Part shown: positions 30,191 through 41,318 of the stretch, piece by piece
How the letters are laid out: the number at the start of each line of letters is the position of its first letter
How positions within the stretch are numbered: the first letter of the stretch is position 1
From: an uncultured delta proteobacterium
GTDB lineage: Bacteria; Desulfobacterota; WTBG01; CAIYCZ01; CAIRTM01
NCBI GenBank assembly: GCA_963804955.1
Contig: CAWDSQ010000007.1
Location: 480,001 to 544,000 of the forward strand
Length of the DNA stretch: 64,000 nucleotides
Direction: 5' to 3'
Program-made: the position numbers and the translations under genes
The notes under the pieces: model-generated
What the model was told of the DNA's origin: nothing
Databases searched by the model: none
Seen by the model: only the letters and a program-made list of their open reading frames with translations

Positions 30191-31252
30191 ATGCGCCGCG
30201 TCGGCATTGTTCGCGCCCAGCTGTATATTGAGCACCGAACCGGTGTGCATCATATAGAGGTGCCACGGCGTCTTGAAACAATCTACGGCATGATCGATGA
30301 AAACGGGCTCAAAGAACGCCTTGTGGAAATCGAGCCGCGGTATGCGAGCCTTGAAGAGGTAGAGAGGGTGCATGACGCCGACTATGTCGAAAAAATCCTC
30401 GACACCGCAGGCGAGCCCCTGCGCTACCTCGATCCCGACACCGTGACCTCGGGGCAGTCCTGCCGCGCTGCATTTCTTGCCGCAGGCGGCGTGCTCGAAG
30501 CGGTGCGCCGCGTTGCGGCCCGCGAGATAGATACCGCCTTTGCCCTTATACGGCCCCCCGGGCACCATGCCGAGCGCAACCGCCAGATGGGCTTCTGCCT
30601 CTTCAACAACGCAGCCATCGCCGCAGAATATGCGCGCCGCCAGCTGGGGGTTGAGCGCGTGCTGATCGTAGACTGGGACGTGCATCACCCCAACGGCACG
30701 CAGCATATATTCGAGCAGTCTTCCCGGGTTCTGCTTTTCTCCTCGCACCGCCATCCGTTCTTCCCCGGCACGGGCGATATGCTTGAAGTGGGGCTGGGCA
30801 AAGGCCGGGGCTTCTCGGTCAATGTGCCGCTGCCGGCGCAGCGCGACGACAGCGACCTTGTGCTTGTCTACCGGCGCCTGCTTGAACCCCTGGCCCGCGA
30901 ATTTCAACCGCAGCTGATTCTGGTGTCAGCGGGCTTTGACGCGCACGTCGACGACCCCATCGGCGGCATGCGCCTCACCGAACGCGGATTTGCAGCGCTG
31001 GCCCAGATCGTTCTCGGCCTTGCCGATGATCTCTGCGGCGGAAAAAGCATTTTCATGCTTGAAGGAGGCTATGACCTTGGCGCATTGCGCAGCTCGACGC
31101 GGGCTGTACTTGAAACAATGCTTGACGGCGCGCCTGAAGGCCTTGTGCAGCGCCTTGAGCGCGGCGTGAAGCCTGCCTCTCCCGTGCCGGATATAATTGA
31201 AAGCGTTATTGAAGTGCAGGGCCAGTACTGGAGATGTTTCAGCAATGTTTGA
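30191..31252 (+). CDS. Zn-dependent histone deacetylase family (AcuC/AphA-like)
   Basis: RPPGHHA, GFCLFNN, DWDVHH, FPGTG, SAGFDAH, LEGGY. Confidence 0.92.
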   Translation: MRRVGIVRAQLYIEHRTGVHHIEVPRRLETIYGMIDENGLKERLVEIEPRYASLEEVERVHDADYVEKILDTAGEPLRYLDPDTVTSGQSCRAAFLAAGGVLEAVRRVAAREIDTAFALIRPPGHHAERNRQMGFCLFNNAAIAAEYARRQLGVERVLIVDWDVHHPNGTQHIFEQSSRVLLFSSHRHPFFPGTGDMLEVGLGKGRGFSVNVPLPAQRDDSDLVLVYRRLLEPLAREFQPQLILVSAGFDAHVDDPIGGMRLTERGFAALAQIVLGLADDLCGGKSIFMLEGGYDLGALRSSTRAVLETMLDGAPEGLVQRLERGVKPASPVPDIIESVIEVQGQYWRCFSNV

Positions 31253-32954
31253 AAACCAGATACCCCCCCGATCAAAGAACCCCGTTCTGGCGCAGTATGA
31301 CGAAGTCTGCGCTTCTTTTTCCTGGGAGCAGGTTAACCGGGAGTTCTCCTGGCATGAGACGGGCAGGCTCAATATCGCCCATGAAGCAATCGGCCGCTTT
31401 GCCGCAGACCCTGCCATGGCCAATCAGCCATGCCTTATTTATTCGCTTCGGGAGCGGCGGGAAGTGTTTTCGTATGCCGAAATGGACAGGCTTTCAAACC
31501 GTTTCGGCAATGTGCTGCGGGGGCTGGGCGTCGGACGCGGCGACCGCGTTTTTCTTTTTCTGCCCAATATACCCGAGCTGTATATAGCCCTTGCCGGGTG
31601 CGCCAAAATCGGCGCGGTTATTGTTCCCCTGTATGCACAGTTCCGCAAAGCAGCCCTGCGCGACCGCATGCTTGACGCTCAGGGCTCGGTGCTCGTAACC
31701 ACGCCGCGCCACCGCAGCCATATACCTGATCAGGAGCTTCCCGCGCTTGAGCACATCATCATCGTGGGCGGGCAGACCGCAGCGCCTGAAGACGGCGAAA
31801 CTTTATGGAAAGACGAAATGGCACAGGCCCCGGACGAGCTGGCCATGGAGTGGCTGGAGCCGGATGCCCCGCTGTTCCTCATTTATACCTCCGGGCATGA
31901 CGGCAGGCCCATGGGGCTCGTGCATGTGCATGATGCCATGCGGGGCTATCTCATGACAGGCCGGTGGGCCCTTGATTTAAGGCCGGGGGACGTGCTCTGG
32001 ACGCAGGCCCAGCCCGGCTGGTTCATGAACGTGGTGTATACTGCTTTCGCGCCCTGGCTGTGCGGCGTGCCGAGCTTTATAACCGGGAAGCTCACAAGCG
32101 CCGAAGAGTTCTACCGCCATGTGCAGGAAGACGGCATTTCCGTGGTCTACGCCACGCCGACCGTCTACCGCATGCTTGTCGAAGCCGAAACAGACACGGC
32201 CCGTCGTTTCGACCTGAAAAGCCTGCGGCATCTGGTGAGCGTGATGGAGCCGCTGTACCCCGATCTTATTTACGGTCTCATGCGCATTCTTGATATGCCG
32301 GTGCATGACACCTGGTGGACAGCCGAAACGGGAATGATCACAATAGCCAATTTCCCCTGCCTTCCCATCAAGCCGGGGTATCTGGGCAAGGCCATGCCGG
32401 GGCTCGAGATAAAAATTTTTGATCCCGAGGGCAAAGAGCCGGCGCCCTTCACCATGGGCGATCTTGCCATCAGGCAGGGCTGGCCTGCCATGGCACGCGG
32501 GATATGGAACAACCGGGAGGCTTTTTCGCTGCTTGTGGCCAGGCCGCCGTGGCTGCTCATCAATGATACCGCTTTTGTTGACTATGACGGCTATTTTTAT
32601 CACCAGGGCCGCAACGATGATGTCATTGTTACCGCAGCCGGAAAAACCGGCTTTACCGAAATTGAGCGCGCCCTGGCCGAGCACCCTGCGGTAGCCGAAG
32701 CTGCAGTCATACGCAGCGCCGACGAGCATGGCAAAAAAAAGGTAAAGGCTTTCGTTTCCCTGAAGGCAGCCTACAAACCGTCAGCGCTGCTGCAAAAAAA
32801 AATCATGGCCTACCTGCTGCAAACGCTTGACCCGGATCTTGCCCTTGCCGAAATCGAGTTCCGCGACAGCCTGCCCCGTGACAAAAACGCAAGGCTCATG
32901 CGCCGGGTACTCAAAGCCTGGGAGCTTGGCCTGCCGGTTGGACAGGTGGAGTGA
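31245..32954 (+). CDS. AcsA-like acetate-CoA ligase homologue with divergent catalytic motifs
   Basis: LNIAHEAI, KIGAV, DTWW.AETG, IKPG, GWPAM, GRNDD, MRRVLKAWELG. Confidence 0.85.
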   Translation: MFENQIPPRSKNPVLAQYDEVCASFSWEQVNREFSWHETGRLNIAHEAIGRFAADPAMANQPCLIYSLRERREVFSYAEMDRLSNRFGNVLRGLGVGRGDRVFLFLPNIPELYIALAGCAKIGAVIVPLYAQFRKAALRDRMLDAQGSVLVTTPRHRSHIPDQELPALEHIIIVGGQTAAPEDGETLWKDEMAQAPDELAMEWLEPDAPLFLIYTSGHDGRPMGLVHVHDAMRGYLMTGRWALDLRPGDVLWTQAQPGWFMNVVYTAFAPWLCGVPSFITGKLTSAEEFYRHVQEDGISVVYATPTVYRMLVEAETDTARRFDLKSLRHLVSVMEPLYPDLIYGLMRILDMPVHDTWWTAETGMITIANFPCLPIKPGYLGKAMPGLEIKIFDPEGKEPAPFTMGDLAIRQGWPAMARGIWNNREAFSLLVARPPWLLINDTAFVDYDGYFYHQGRNDDVIVTAAGKTGFTEIERALAEHPAVAEAAVIRSADEHGKKKVKAFVSLKAAYKPSALLQKKIMAYLLQTLDPDLALAEIEFRDSLPRDKNARLMRRVLKAWELGLPVGQVE

Positions 32955-33237
32955 GGCTTCCCGCTTACAAGGCTGGGCATCCCGGTGCATAAAATTGATT
33001 TTAATTGACCCCTGCCTTTTCAGCCCCCGCTTACAAAATGAAGCCTTCCAGGCAGGGTTCCGGCAACCTTCTGCTTGTGCAACTAACGCAAAAACACGGG
33101 GTTCAGAGTATATTATATCGGCATCATGCGAAGACGGCCGCCCCACAGTCAGAAGAAACCCCTTGAATTTTCACATAATTTGGGACATTATATTCAATTT
33201 AAGAGCAAAGCCGTATAAAAAATGAGGATAGAAAAAA

Positions 33238-34455
33238 ATGGCCGATTCAAAATCCTATGATCTTGCAGCCCTCAAGATAGATCAGAAGTCGCGCAACCGC
33301 TCCGGTCCCGGCATGCGGACCAAAGTGCTTATTATTGCAGGAGCTGTGGCTGCTGTCGTTATAGCCTTCATGATTTTTTCGGGTAAAAAAACCCTCGTTG
33401 AAGTATCGCCTGCACGGTCGATAAGCGCTTCTGAAGGCGCCTCCCTGCTCAATGCAAGCGGCTATGTCACGCCGCGCCGCCGGGCGACCGTGGCGGCCAA
33501 AATAACGGGCCGGGTGCAGGAGCTTATGGTTGAAGAGGGCATGCATGTCGAGCTGGGCCAGGTGCTTGCAAAAATCGACAGCTCGGATGCAGAGGCGCGC
33601 CTTAAAGCGGCCGAAGCCGACCTTGCGGTAGCCGGCGCCACCATCGCAGAGATCAAGGTAAATCTTGCCGATGGCGAGCGATCGCTCAGGCGCATCACCA
33701 ACCTGCATAAAAACGGCGTTGCCAGCAATGATGATTTTGATAAAACGCAGGCCCTCGTCGACGGCCTGAAAGCACGCCTGGCCATGACGCAGATGCAGGT
33801 AACGGCTGCACAGGCCCGGCGGGAAATGGCTCTCACCGACATTGAAAACTGCATTGTCCGCGCCCCGTTTTCAGGCGTTGCCGTGTCAAAGGATGCCCAG
33901 GTCGGTGAAATGGTTTCTCCCATATCAGCCGGCGGCGGATTTACCCGCACGGGCATTTCCACTATCGTCGACATGCTGTCACTTGAAATCGAGGTTGACG
34001 TCAATGAATCCTATCTTGCCAAGGTGAGTATCGGACAAAAAGTCGATGCGACACTTGACGCCTATCCCGACTGGCATATACCCGCAACCGTGCGCACCAT
34101 CATACCCACCGCAGACAGGCAGAAGGCTACGATCAAGGTGCGTATCGCGTTTGACGTGCTGGATCCGAAAATTCTGCCCGACATGGGCGTGAAGGTTTCA
34201 TTTATGAGCAAGAATGAAAAGGGCGCGGGCAGCATTATCGTCGTGCGGCGCTCGGGTCTTCAGGATGAGGACGGCAAGCAGGCCGTCTATCTCTTCAAGA
34301 ACGGCCGTGCACAGCGCCGCCCGGTCAAAACGGGTGAGGTATTTGAAAATGACGTTCAAATAACCGACGGCGTTGCCGCCGGTGACGAGATCATTGTCAG
34401 CAGTTCACTGCAGCCGCTTCAGGACGGCATGCGGGCAGAGATAAAAAAACAATAA
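33238..34455 (+). CDS. Efflux periplasmic adaptor (MacA/MFP)
   Basis: ASGYV, KITGRV, RAPFSG, EVDVNE, PTADRQK. Confidence 0.9.
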   Translation: MADSKSYDLAALKIDQKSRNRSGPGMRTKVLIIAGAVAAVVIAFMIFSGKKTLVEVSPARSISASEGASLLNASGYVTPRRRATVAAKITGRVQELMVEEGMHVELGQVLAKIDSSDAEARLKAAEADLAVAGATIAEIKVNLADGERSLRRITNLHKNGVASNDDFDKTQALVDGLKARLAMTQMQVTAAQARREMALTDIENCIVRAPFSGVAVSKDAQVGEMVSPISAGGGFTRTGISTIVDMLSLEIEVDVNESYLAKVSIGQKVDATLDAYPDWHIPATVRTIIPTADRQKATIKVRIAFDVLDPKILPDMGVKVSFMSKNEKGAGSIIVVRRSGLQDEDGKQAVYLFKNGRAQRRPVKTGEVFENDVQITDGVAAGDEIIVSSSLQPLQDGMRAEIKKQ

Positions 34456-34506
34456 TGTTTTCCCGGAGGCGCGGTCGTGCCGCGCTGTCAACCGCACAAG
34501 AAGGCC

Positions 34507-35223
34507 ATGGTCAGCGTAGACGCACTGGAAAATTCAGAGGGCCTTATTCAGGTCCGCAATCTCGATAAAAAATACGTCCGCGGCGGCGAAGAGATTCACG
34601 TGCTGCAGGGGCTCAACCTCAATGTTGAAGAGGGCGAGTTTGTCGCTTTCATGGGTCCCAGCGGCTCGGGCAAGACCACCCTTTTGAATCTGCTCGGTGG
34701 GCTTGATGTGCCCTCGGCCGGCAGCATCACCGTGGCGGGAGACGAGGTGACGCATATGTCGGGCCCGAAGCTCACGACCTGGCGTGCCCGGCATGTCGGC
34801 TTCATCTTCCAGATGTACAACCTCATCCCCGTGCTCACGGCGTTTCAGAATGTGGAGATGCCGCTGCTGCTCACCAGCCTCACCAAGGCCGAGCGCAGGC
34901 AGCATGTGGAGATGGCCCTCAGCGCGGTTAACCTTACCGAGCGCAAGTCCCATTATCCGCGGCAGCTCTCGGGCGGCCAGGAGCAGCGCGTTTCCATTGC
35001 CCGTGCTATCGTGGCAGACCCCACGTTTCTTTTGTGCGACGAGCCCACAGGCGACCTCGACCGCAACAGCGCCGATGAAATCCTCAACCTGCTTGAAGAG
35101 CTTTCCACAGTACACCGCAAAACCATTCTCATGGTCACCCATGACCCGCGCGCGGCAGAGCGCGCCGGCACGGTGCTGCATCTTGATAAAGGAGTCCTCA
35201 TCGAGGGCAAAAAGCTGCAATGA
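34507..35223 (+). CDS. ABC transporter ATPase (LolD/MacB type)
   Basis: GPSGSGKT, LSGGQ, DEPTG, VTHD. Confidence 0.95.
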   Translation: MVSVDALENSEGLIQVRNLDKKYVRGGEEIHVLQGLNLNVEEGEFVAFMGPSGSGKTTLLNLLGGLDVPSAGSITVAGDEVTHMSGPKLTTWRARHVGFIFQMYNLIPVLTAFQNVEMPLLLTSLTKAERRQHVEMALSAVNLTERKSHYPRQLSGGQEQRVSIARAIVADPTFLLCDEPTGDLDRNSADEILNLLEELSTVHRKTILMVTHDPRAAERAGTVLHLDKGVLIEGKKLQ

Positions 35224-36368
35224 TTATTTTCAAATTTTTCCCCCTGCTGGTGGCCAACCTGCTGCGCAAAAAAACCCGCTCGGCCCTGACCATGGGGTCG
35301 TTTGCCGTGGCGCTGTTTTTGTTCAGCCTGCTCGGAACCATCGACAGCTCATTCAACCAGGGCGTAGAGGTTGCGGGCGCCGACCGGCTTCTGGTCATGA
35401 ACAAAACATCCCTTGTTCAGCCCCTGCCGGTTGCCTACATGGAGCGCATACAGCAGATCAGGGGGATCAAGGATGTCACCTTCGCGACCTGGTTCGGCGG
35501 CATTTACAAGGATGAAAAAAACTTTTTTGCCCAGATGGTCATCGATCACAAAAACTATCTGCAGATGTACCGGGAGTTTACCGTTCCGCCGGCACAGTGG
35601 CGCGACTTCTGCGCCGACCGCGAGGGCGCCATCGTGGGTAAAAAGCTGCTGAAGCGCTTCGGCTGGAAAATCGGCGACCGCGTTCCCATTCAGGGCGGCA
35701 TTTTCCCCGGCACATGGGAATTTAATATACGGGGCGTCTACAGCGGCACGCGCAATGAAGACGACGAAACCCAGTTCTGGTTCCGCTATGATTATCTGGA
35801 TGAACGCCGCGACCTTGGCAAGGGCACGGTCGGCTGGTACATGGTGCGGGTGGACAATCCAGACAATACCCCGGTAATCGCCAAAGCCATTGAAAACCAG
35901 TTTGCCAATTCCCCGGCTGAAGTCAAGGCGGAGTCGGAAAAATCTTTTGCCACGGGCTTTGTCAAGCAGATCGGCAATATCAAGGCCATCATGATATCAG
36001 TGGGGAGCATCGTTTTTTTCACCCTGCTGCTGGTAACGGGCAGCACCATGGCCATGTCCGTGCGGGAACGCACGGGGGAGCTTGCGGTCCTGAAAACTCT
36101 GGGATTTTCCGACTGGACGGTCATGGCCCTGGTTCTTGCCGAATCGCTTCTCTACGCCCTTGCGGGCGGATTGATAGGCATAGCCCTTGCCAAAATCTAC
36201 ACCCTCGGGGGCGATCCGACAAACGGCTTTCTGCCCTCGTTTTATCTGTCGCCGGAAAAAATGTGCTCCGGTATGGTGTTTGCTCTTGTGGCGGGCATAG
36301 CTGCCGGGTGGATCCCTGCCATGCTTGCCATGAGGATGAAAATAGTGGAAGCATTACGACGAATTTAA
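35220..36368 (+). CDS. ABC permease (MacB/FtsX family)
   Basis: SVRERTGELAVLKTLGF; periplasmic domain plus TM helices. Confidence 0.9.
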   Translation: MIIFKFFPLLVANLLRKKTRSALTMGSFAVALFLFSLLGTIDSSFNQGVEVAGADRLLVMNKTSLVQPLPVAYMERIQQIRGIKDVTFATWFGGIYKDEKNFFAQMVIDHKNYLQMYREFTVPPAQWRDFCADREGAIVGKKLLKRFGWKIGDRVPIQGGIFPGTWEFNIRGVYSGTRNEDDETQFWFRYDYLDERRDLGKGTVGWYMVRVDNPDNTPVIAKAIENQFANSPAEVKAESEKSFATGFVKQIGNIKAIMISVGSIVFFTLLLVTGSTMAMSVRERTGELAVLKTLGFSDWTVMALVLAESLLYALAGGLIGIALAKIYTLGGDPTNGFLPSFYLSPEKMCSGMVFALVAGIAAGWIPAMLAMRMKIVEALRRI

Positions 36369-36383
36369 AAATTAGTCGGGAAA

Positions 36384-36607
36384 CAGAATTCAGGAGTCAG
36401 AAGCCAGAATTCAGAAGGTTTGGAAAGAAGTTCGGAGTAAAGAAATTCAAGATTCCGGATTTAAAATTCAAGATCGTAGGCGCAGACATGAGTGTCTGCC
36501 CTAAAACCGGAGTTCAAAATCGTAGGGGCGGGGTTATCCCGCCCTAAAGATCACCTGGAAGCCCGCTTCTTCCATTCTGAATTCTGACTACTGAATTCAG
36601 GCTTCTT
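36384..36607. repeat. Composite intergenic element: inverted 7-mer arrays enclosing a second 7-mer array and two GTAG REPs
   Basis: CAGAATT CAGGAGT CAGAAGC CAGAATT ... ATTCTGA ATTCTGA CTACTGA; GTAGGCGCAGAC..GTCTGCCCT; GTAGGGGCGGGGTTATCCCGCCCT. Confidence 0.75.
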
Positions 36608-36636
36608 TTGCAACTTGGATTTTAGAGGTTAACCCC

Positions 36637-37809
36637 ATGTCCATCCCGATCATATATAATATTCGCAGCGTGCGGGTCAGGTGGGTGTCAACGGCTGTTG
36701 CCGTATTCGGCATAGCCGGCGTCGTGTCGGTTTTTATCGCCATGCTTGCCATGGCGCAGGGATTTCAGGCAACGCTTGTCGCTTCGGGATCCCCCTATAA
36801 TGCCATAATCCGGCGCGGCGGGGCCACATCTGAGATGGACAGCGCGCTGACTTCCGAACAGATCCGCATAGCAGCCGATGCCCCCGATGTCATGCGGGGT
36901 AAGGGCCGGCAGCCGCTGGTAAGCCCCGAGGTGGTAGTGATCGTCATGCTGCCGATACGCAATGGACAGACAAATGCCATGGTGCAGCTGCGCGGCGTCT
37001 CACAGCGCGCCCTTGATGTGCGAAGCGTCGTAAAAATCGGGCAGGGCAGATTTCTCAAGCCGGGCCTGACCGAGCTCGTCGTGGGCGCCAATGTCGCCCA
37101 TGCTTACAAGGATTGCGAACTGGGGGGCAGGCCGTATTTCGGAGGCAGACAGTGGCATGTCGTGGGAGTGCTGGATGCCCAGGGCAGCGCCTTTGATTCA
37201 GAGCTCTGGGCCGATGCGATACTGCTGCAGCAGACCTACAAGCGGCCCGGCAATATTTTTCAGTCGGCGACCATCAGGCTCACCTCGCCGGAAGCATTTT
37301 CCGACTTTACGAAATCCCTTGCCGGCGACCCGCGCCTGACGCTGCAGATCGACCGCGAGCGCGACTACTATGAACGCCAGTCCCAGGCCGTCACCACCAT
37401 CATCCGGGTGCTGGGCGTGAGCGTGGCGCTGGTGATGGGCGTGGGGGCCATTTTCGGCGCGCTCAATACCATGTATGCATCGGTTGCCGCCCGCGCGCGC
37501 GAGATTGCTACGATACGGGCCATTGGGTTTGCCGAGTGGAGTATCGTCGCATCGTTTCTGATCGAGTCACTTTTTATTTCTTTCATCGGCGGGCTTGTCG
37601 GCTGCCTGGGGGTCATCCCCCTCAACGGCTACTCTACCTCCACTATCAACTGGCAGACATTTTCAAGCCTTGCTTTCGCTTTCGAAATAACCCCCCTGCT
37701 GCTGGGCCTGGGCATGCTGTTCGCTCTTGCCATGGGCCTTGTCGGCGGGCTGCCGCCCTCCATCCGCGCCGCACGAATGCCGGTTATTACCGCACTGCGG
37801 GAGCTGTGA
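36637..37809 (+). CDS. ABC permease (MacB/FtsX family), second subunit
   Basis: NTMYASVAARAREIATIRAIGF. Confidence 0.9.
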   Translation: MSIPIIYNIRSVRVRWVSTAVAVFGIAGVVSVFIAMLAMAQGFQATLVASGSPYNAIIRRGGATSEMDSALTSEQIRIAADAPDVMRGKGRQPLVSPEVVVIVMLPIRNGQTNAMVQLRGVSQRALDVRSVVKIGQGRFLKPGLTELVVGANVAHAYKDCELGGRPYFGGRQWHVVGVLDAQGSAFDSELWADAILLQQTYKRPGNIFQSATIRLTSPEAFSDFTKSLAGDPRLTLQIDRERDYYERQSQAVTTIIRVLGVSVALVMGVGAIFGALNTMYASVAARAREIATIRAIGFAEWSIVASFLIESLFISFIGGLVGCLGVIPLNGYSTSTINWQTFSSLAFAFEITPLLLGLGMLFALAMGLVGGLPPSIRAARMPVITALREL

Positions 37810-37877
37810 GAATTGCGGATTAAAAAAATTTTCATTCAGCTGCATCATTCGTGCTGTAGCCTCAACAGCTTCAAACA

Positions 37878-39084
37878 ATGGCCCTCGCCTGCATATTTAT
37901 GCTAGAGTATCAGCACTATGGAAGCAGCACGCTCAACAGTAGCGCCTCGCTTTCCGATATTTTTTTATCCTTTCTCCGGCTCGGCGCAACCGCATTCGGC
38001 GGCCCGGCCATCGTGCCCCAGATGCGCGTGATGGCTGTCGAACGGAATGGCTGGGTCGACGAGCAGACCTTTGACAGCGGCAATGCAATGGCGCAGGTAC
38101 TGCCCGGAGCAATAAGCGTGCAGGTTGCGGCCTATATCGGTCTGCAGATTCGGGGGCTTGCAGGCGCACTTGCCGCCTGCACCGGCTATATTCTCCCGGC
38201 GTTTCTGCTGATGCTCGGCCTTTCAGTCCTGTATACGCGCTGGCATGATGCGGCGACGGCTGCTGCAGGATTCAGCGGCCTGCGAGCCGTGGTGATCGCG
38301 ATTCTTGCACATGCGGCCTTTCTGACAAGCTGTGATTATATAAAAAATAAAACCGGCGCGGCAGTGGCGCTGCTGGCGGCGCTGTTGTTCGGCTTTCGCA
38401 TAAACCCTGTTTTTGTGATTCTCGCGGCTGGGCTCGCCGGGCGGCTGGTGTTTGCCGCAGAGTGCCGCGAATCGTCTTCGGGCCTAAGGCAAGCACGGGC
38501 AAAGCTCTGGCCAACCGTGCTGCTTCTTGTCGCAGTTGCTGCAGGCTTTGTATTTTTATATCTGCTTGACGGGAAGCTGTTTTCGCTTGCCCTGCTCATG
38601 GCCAAGATCGATTTGTTTGCTTTTGGCGGAGGGTATACTTCGGTGCCGCTCATGTTTCATGAAATAGTTGAGGTGCGCGGCTGGCTTGATGGGAAAACGC
38701 TGCTTGACGGCATAGCCCTGGGGCAGCTCACCCCCGGCCCGATTGTGATTACCGCAACTTTTGTCGGCTATCTGCTCAAAGGTGTGGTCGGTGCGGCGGC
38801 AGCCACCATCTGCATATTTCTGCCGTCATTTCTTATGGTAGTCGTGCTCAGCCCGGTCATTGACCGGCTGCGCCACAAAAAGGGTTTTGACTGCTTCATT
38901 ACCGGGATACTCTGTTCGTTTGTGGGGCTTTTAGTGAGCACGGTCTATCATTTCAGCCGCCATGTGGAATGGTCGTGGAGCCTGGGCCTGATTGCGGCTG
39001 CGGCCTTTTGCCGCTCTCTGTGCCCGGATTCCCATTCTGGTCGTATTGACTGCGGGCATTGCCGCGGCGGTTGTGCTACTGTAG
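37878..39084 (+). CDS. chrA: Long-chain chromate transporter (frameshift near 39008; start uncertain)
   Basis: GATAFGGP, AQVLPG, AFGGGY, GQLTPGP, IFLPSF. Confidence 0.9.
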
Positions 39085-39144
39085 GGCTGCTGTGTACAGG
39101 GATCATTTTCCCTGCCATACGCTTTTACAATATATTTAATTTAT

Positions 39145-39171
39145 TAAGGTTTATCAATGTTCTGCCGATAT
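39145..39171 (+). promoter_or_regulatory. Sigma28 (FliA) promoter of the MCP gene
   Basis: TAAGGTTT-N11-GCCGATAT versus consensus TAAAGTTT-N11-GCCGATAA, upstream of a chemoreceptor. Confidence 0.75.
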
Positions 39172-39301
39172 TTAAGAGATAGAATAGAGCCTTTGAATGG
39201 TAGTGATGAATATCCTTATTCCGGGTTGCCGTATCGCTTAAAATTTTTTGCACTGTACCGGCCGACGGAAATTCAAAAATTGACGTAATAAAAGGGACCC
39301 C

Positions 39302-40740
39302 ATGAAAAAAAAAGCTACTCTTTCAACAAAAGTAAAGCTGATGAGTACGATATTTATCTGTCATTTTTTTCATATCCATATTGTTTTTATCGTTCAGTAT
39401 TCAGCGGACAATAATGGAAGTAAAAATTAAAACATCACAAAAACTGGTCTATTCAGCTTATGCCCTTTTCAGCCAGTATGATGAACTGGTCAAAAGCAAA
39501 GCACTGACGCTTGAGGAAGCTCAAAAAAGAACCGCACTGGCAATTAAAAACATGCAGCATAAGGAGCATGAAGGCTTCTGGCTGCTTGACAGCAGTGCTA
39601 AAATGATTGTGGAGCCAAACAAGCCGGAACTTGACGGGAAGGATATGAGCAGCTACAGGGATTCTCACGGTAAACTGGCTTTTGTTGACATGGTAAATCT
39701 CTGCAAAGCAAAGGGCGAAGGGGAGATCGAATATTATTTTCAAAAAACAGGCACTGACAAGCCTATTAAAAAAATTGCCTATGTGCAGATGTTTGAGCCC
39801 TGGGGATGGATTCTGGGCAGCGGATTTTACGTTGATGATATATTCAATGACGTCGCACAAACAAGGAATATTTCTCTCACAATAATCGCGCTGGTTTCAG
39901 TCGTTGTAAGTATCATGTTTTTCTGGCTCGGGCGCTCCGTTTCCGGGCCTGTCAATAAAGCCACGCACGGCCTTGCTCAGATCGGCCTGGAGCTGCACTC
40001 GGCAGCCGAACAGTTTTCCGAATCAAGCCAGGTGCTGGCCCAGACTTCATCCGAGCAGGCCGCAGCGCTTGAGGAGACATCATCATCGCTTGAAGAGCTC
40101 GCATCGATGACCAAACAAAATGCCGACAATGCCTCGCAGGCCGACATTCTCATGAAGGATGCCAGCCGGGTTATCAAAGAAGCGGAAGCATGGATGCTGG
40201 AGCTGACCAGATCCATGTCCGATATTTCCCGGTCAAGCGAGGAAATATCGGCGATCAATAAAACGATCGATGAAATAGCCTTTCAGACCAATCTGCTTGC
40301 CCTGAATGCCGCAGTGGAGGCTGCGCGGGCAGGTGAGGCAGGCGCCGGTTTTGCTGTTGTGGCCGATGAAGTACGCAATCTTGCCATGCGCTCTACAACC
40401 GCGTCCAAAAGCACGGCAGATCTCATTGAAACCACGGTCGGCAAAATTACCGCCGGAGTCGGAATTGATGGACAAAACCAATCAGGCTTTTGGAGATGTA
40501 TCGGACAAGTCATCACGCGTGGCGCAGCTTGTGGCGGAAATAGCCGCAGCAACCCAGGAGCAGGCACAGGGAATAACGCAGGTAAGCAAGGTCGTTGCCG
40601 AAATGGACAGAGTTACTCAGTCAAATTCCGCCAATGCCGAAGAGTCTGCCTCGGGTTCAGAGGAAATTAAATATAAAGCAGATCACATGAAGCACTATAT
40701 TGATGAACTGAGAGACATGGTCGGCGTCAAGCGCACCTGA
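39302..40740 (+). CDS. Methyl-accepting chemotaxis protein with a single Cache domain (frameshifts near 39370 and 40460)
   Basis: [45 protein letters not shown]. Confidence 0.92.
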
Positions 40741-41117
40741 TCTCAGCCTCTGCTTAGTACAGAGAGCTCTTCCGCAATAAAAAAATACGCTGCAACGCAA
40801 TCATGAATCCTTAAGATTACCCTTTAGGCACAATGCCGGACACGAACCTCCGAGTATCGGTCAATTCGAGGCCGGACAAAGCAAAGCATATCCGGCTGCA
40901 AAAAATGATTAAAGTATACTCGGTTTTTTTATCCAGCCCACGTTTTTTTCGCTTCCTGTATTGCGGAGTTTTGTACTGAACCGCATTGCTCTCCGCACGT
41001 GCACAACCAAAGCACTCAGACCGCATAATGAACAATCCCATTGAGCAGTATTCCGATGGCTCTGCCTCATGTGTCATGCCAAAGCACATAGCTTGATTTT
41101 GCAGCCTCAGACCAAAG

Positions 41118-41215
41118 AAAAGATAAGCCGTTCGTGGTGAGCGTGTCGAACCATGAACGGCTTATCTTTTAAGGCATTAACCCGTAAAGCCCTTCGACAG
41201 GCTCAGGGCGAACGG
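41118..41215. repeat. REP-like pair (CCGTTCGTGGTGAGC / CCCTTCGACAGGCTCAGGGCGAACGG)
   Basis: AAAAGATAAGCCGTTC..GAACGGCTTATCTTTT inverted repeat followed by a partner palindrome. Confidence 0.75.
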
Positions 41216-41318
41216 ACAGAGCTTTCATTGTCGGATTGAAAATTTAGCAGAAGGATCTATTTTATCATCAAAATTTAAATAGCCTAAAAAAAATATTTCA
41301 AAATCATAAACTTTTTTA

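Noticed and set aside
40790..41100. 90-aa ORF or small RNA in the long intergenic gap
   Set aside because: No recognisable protein motif or RNA family; only a modest hairpin
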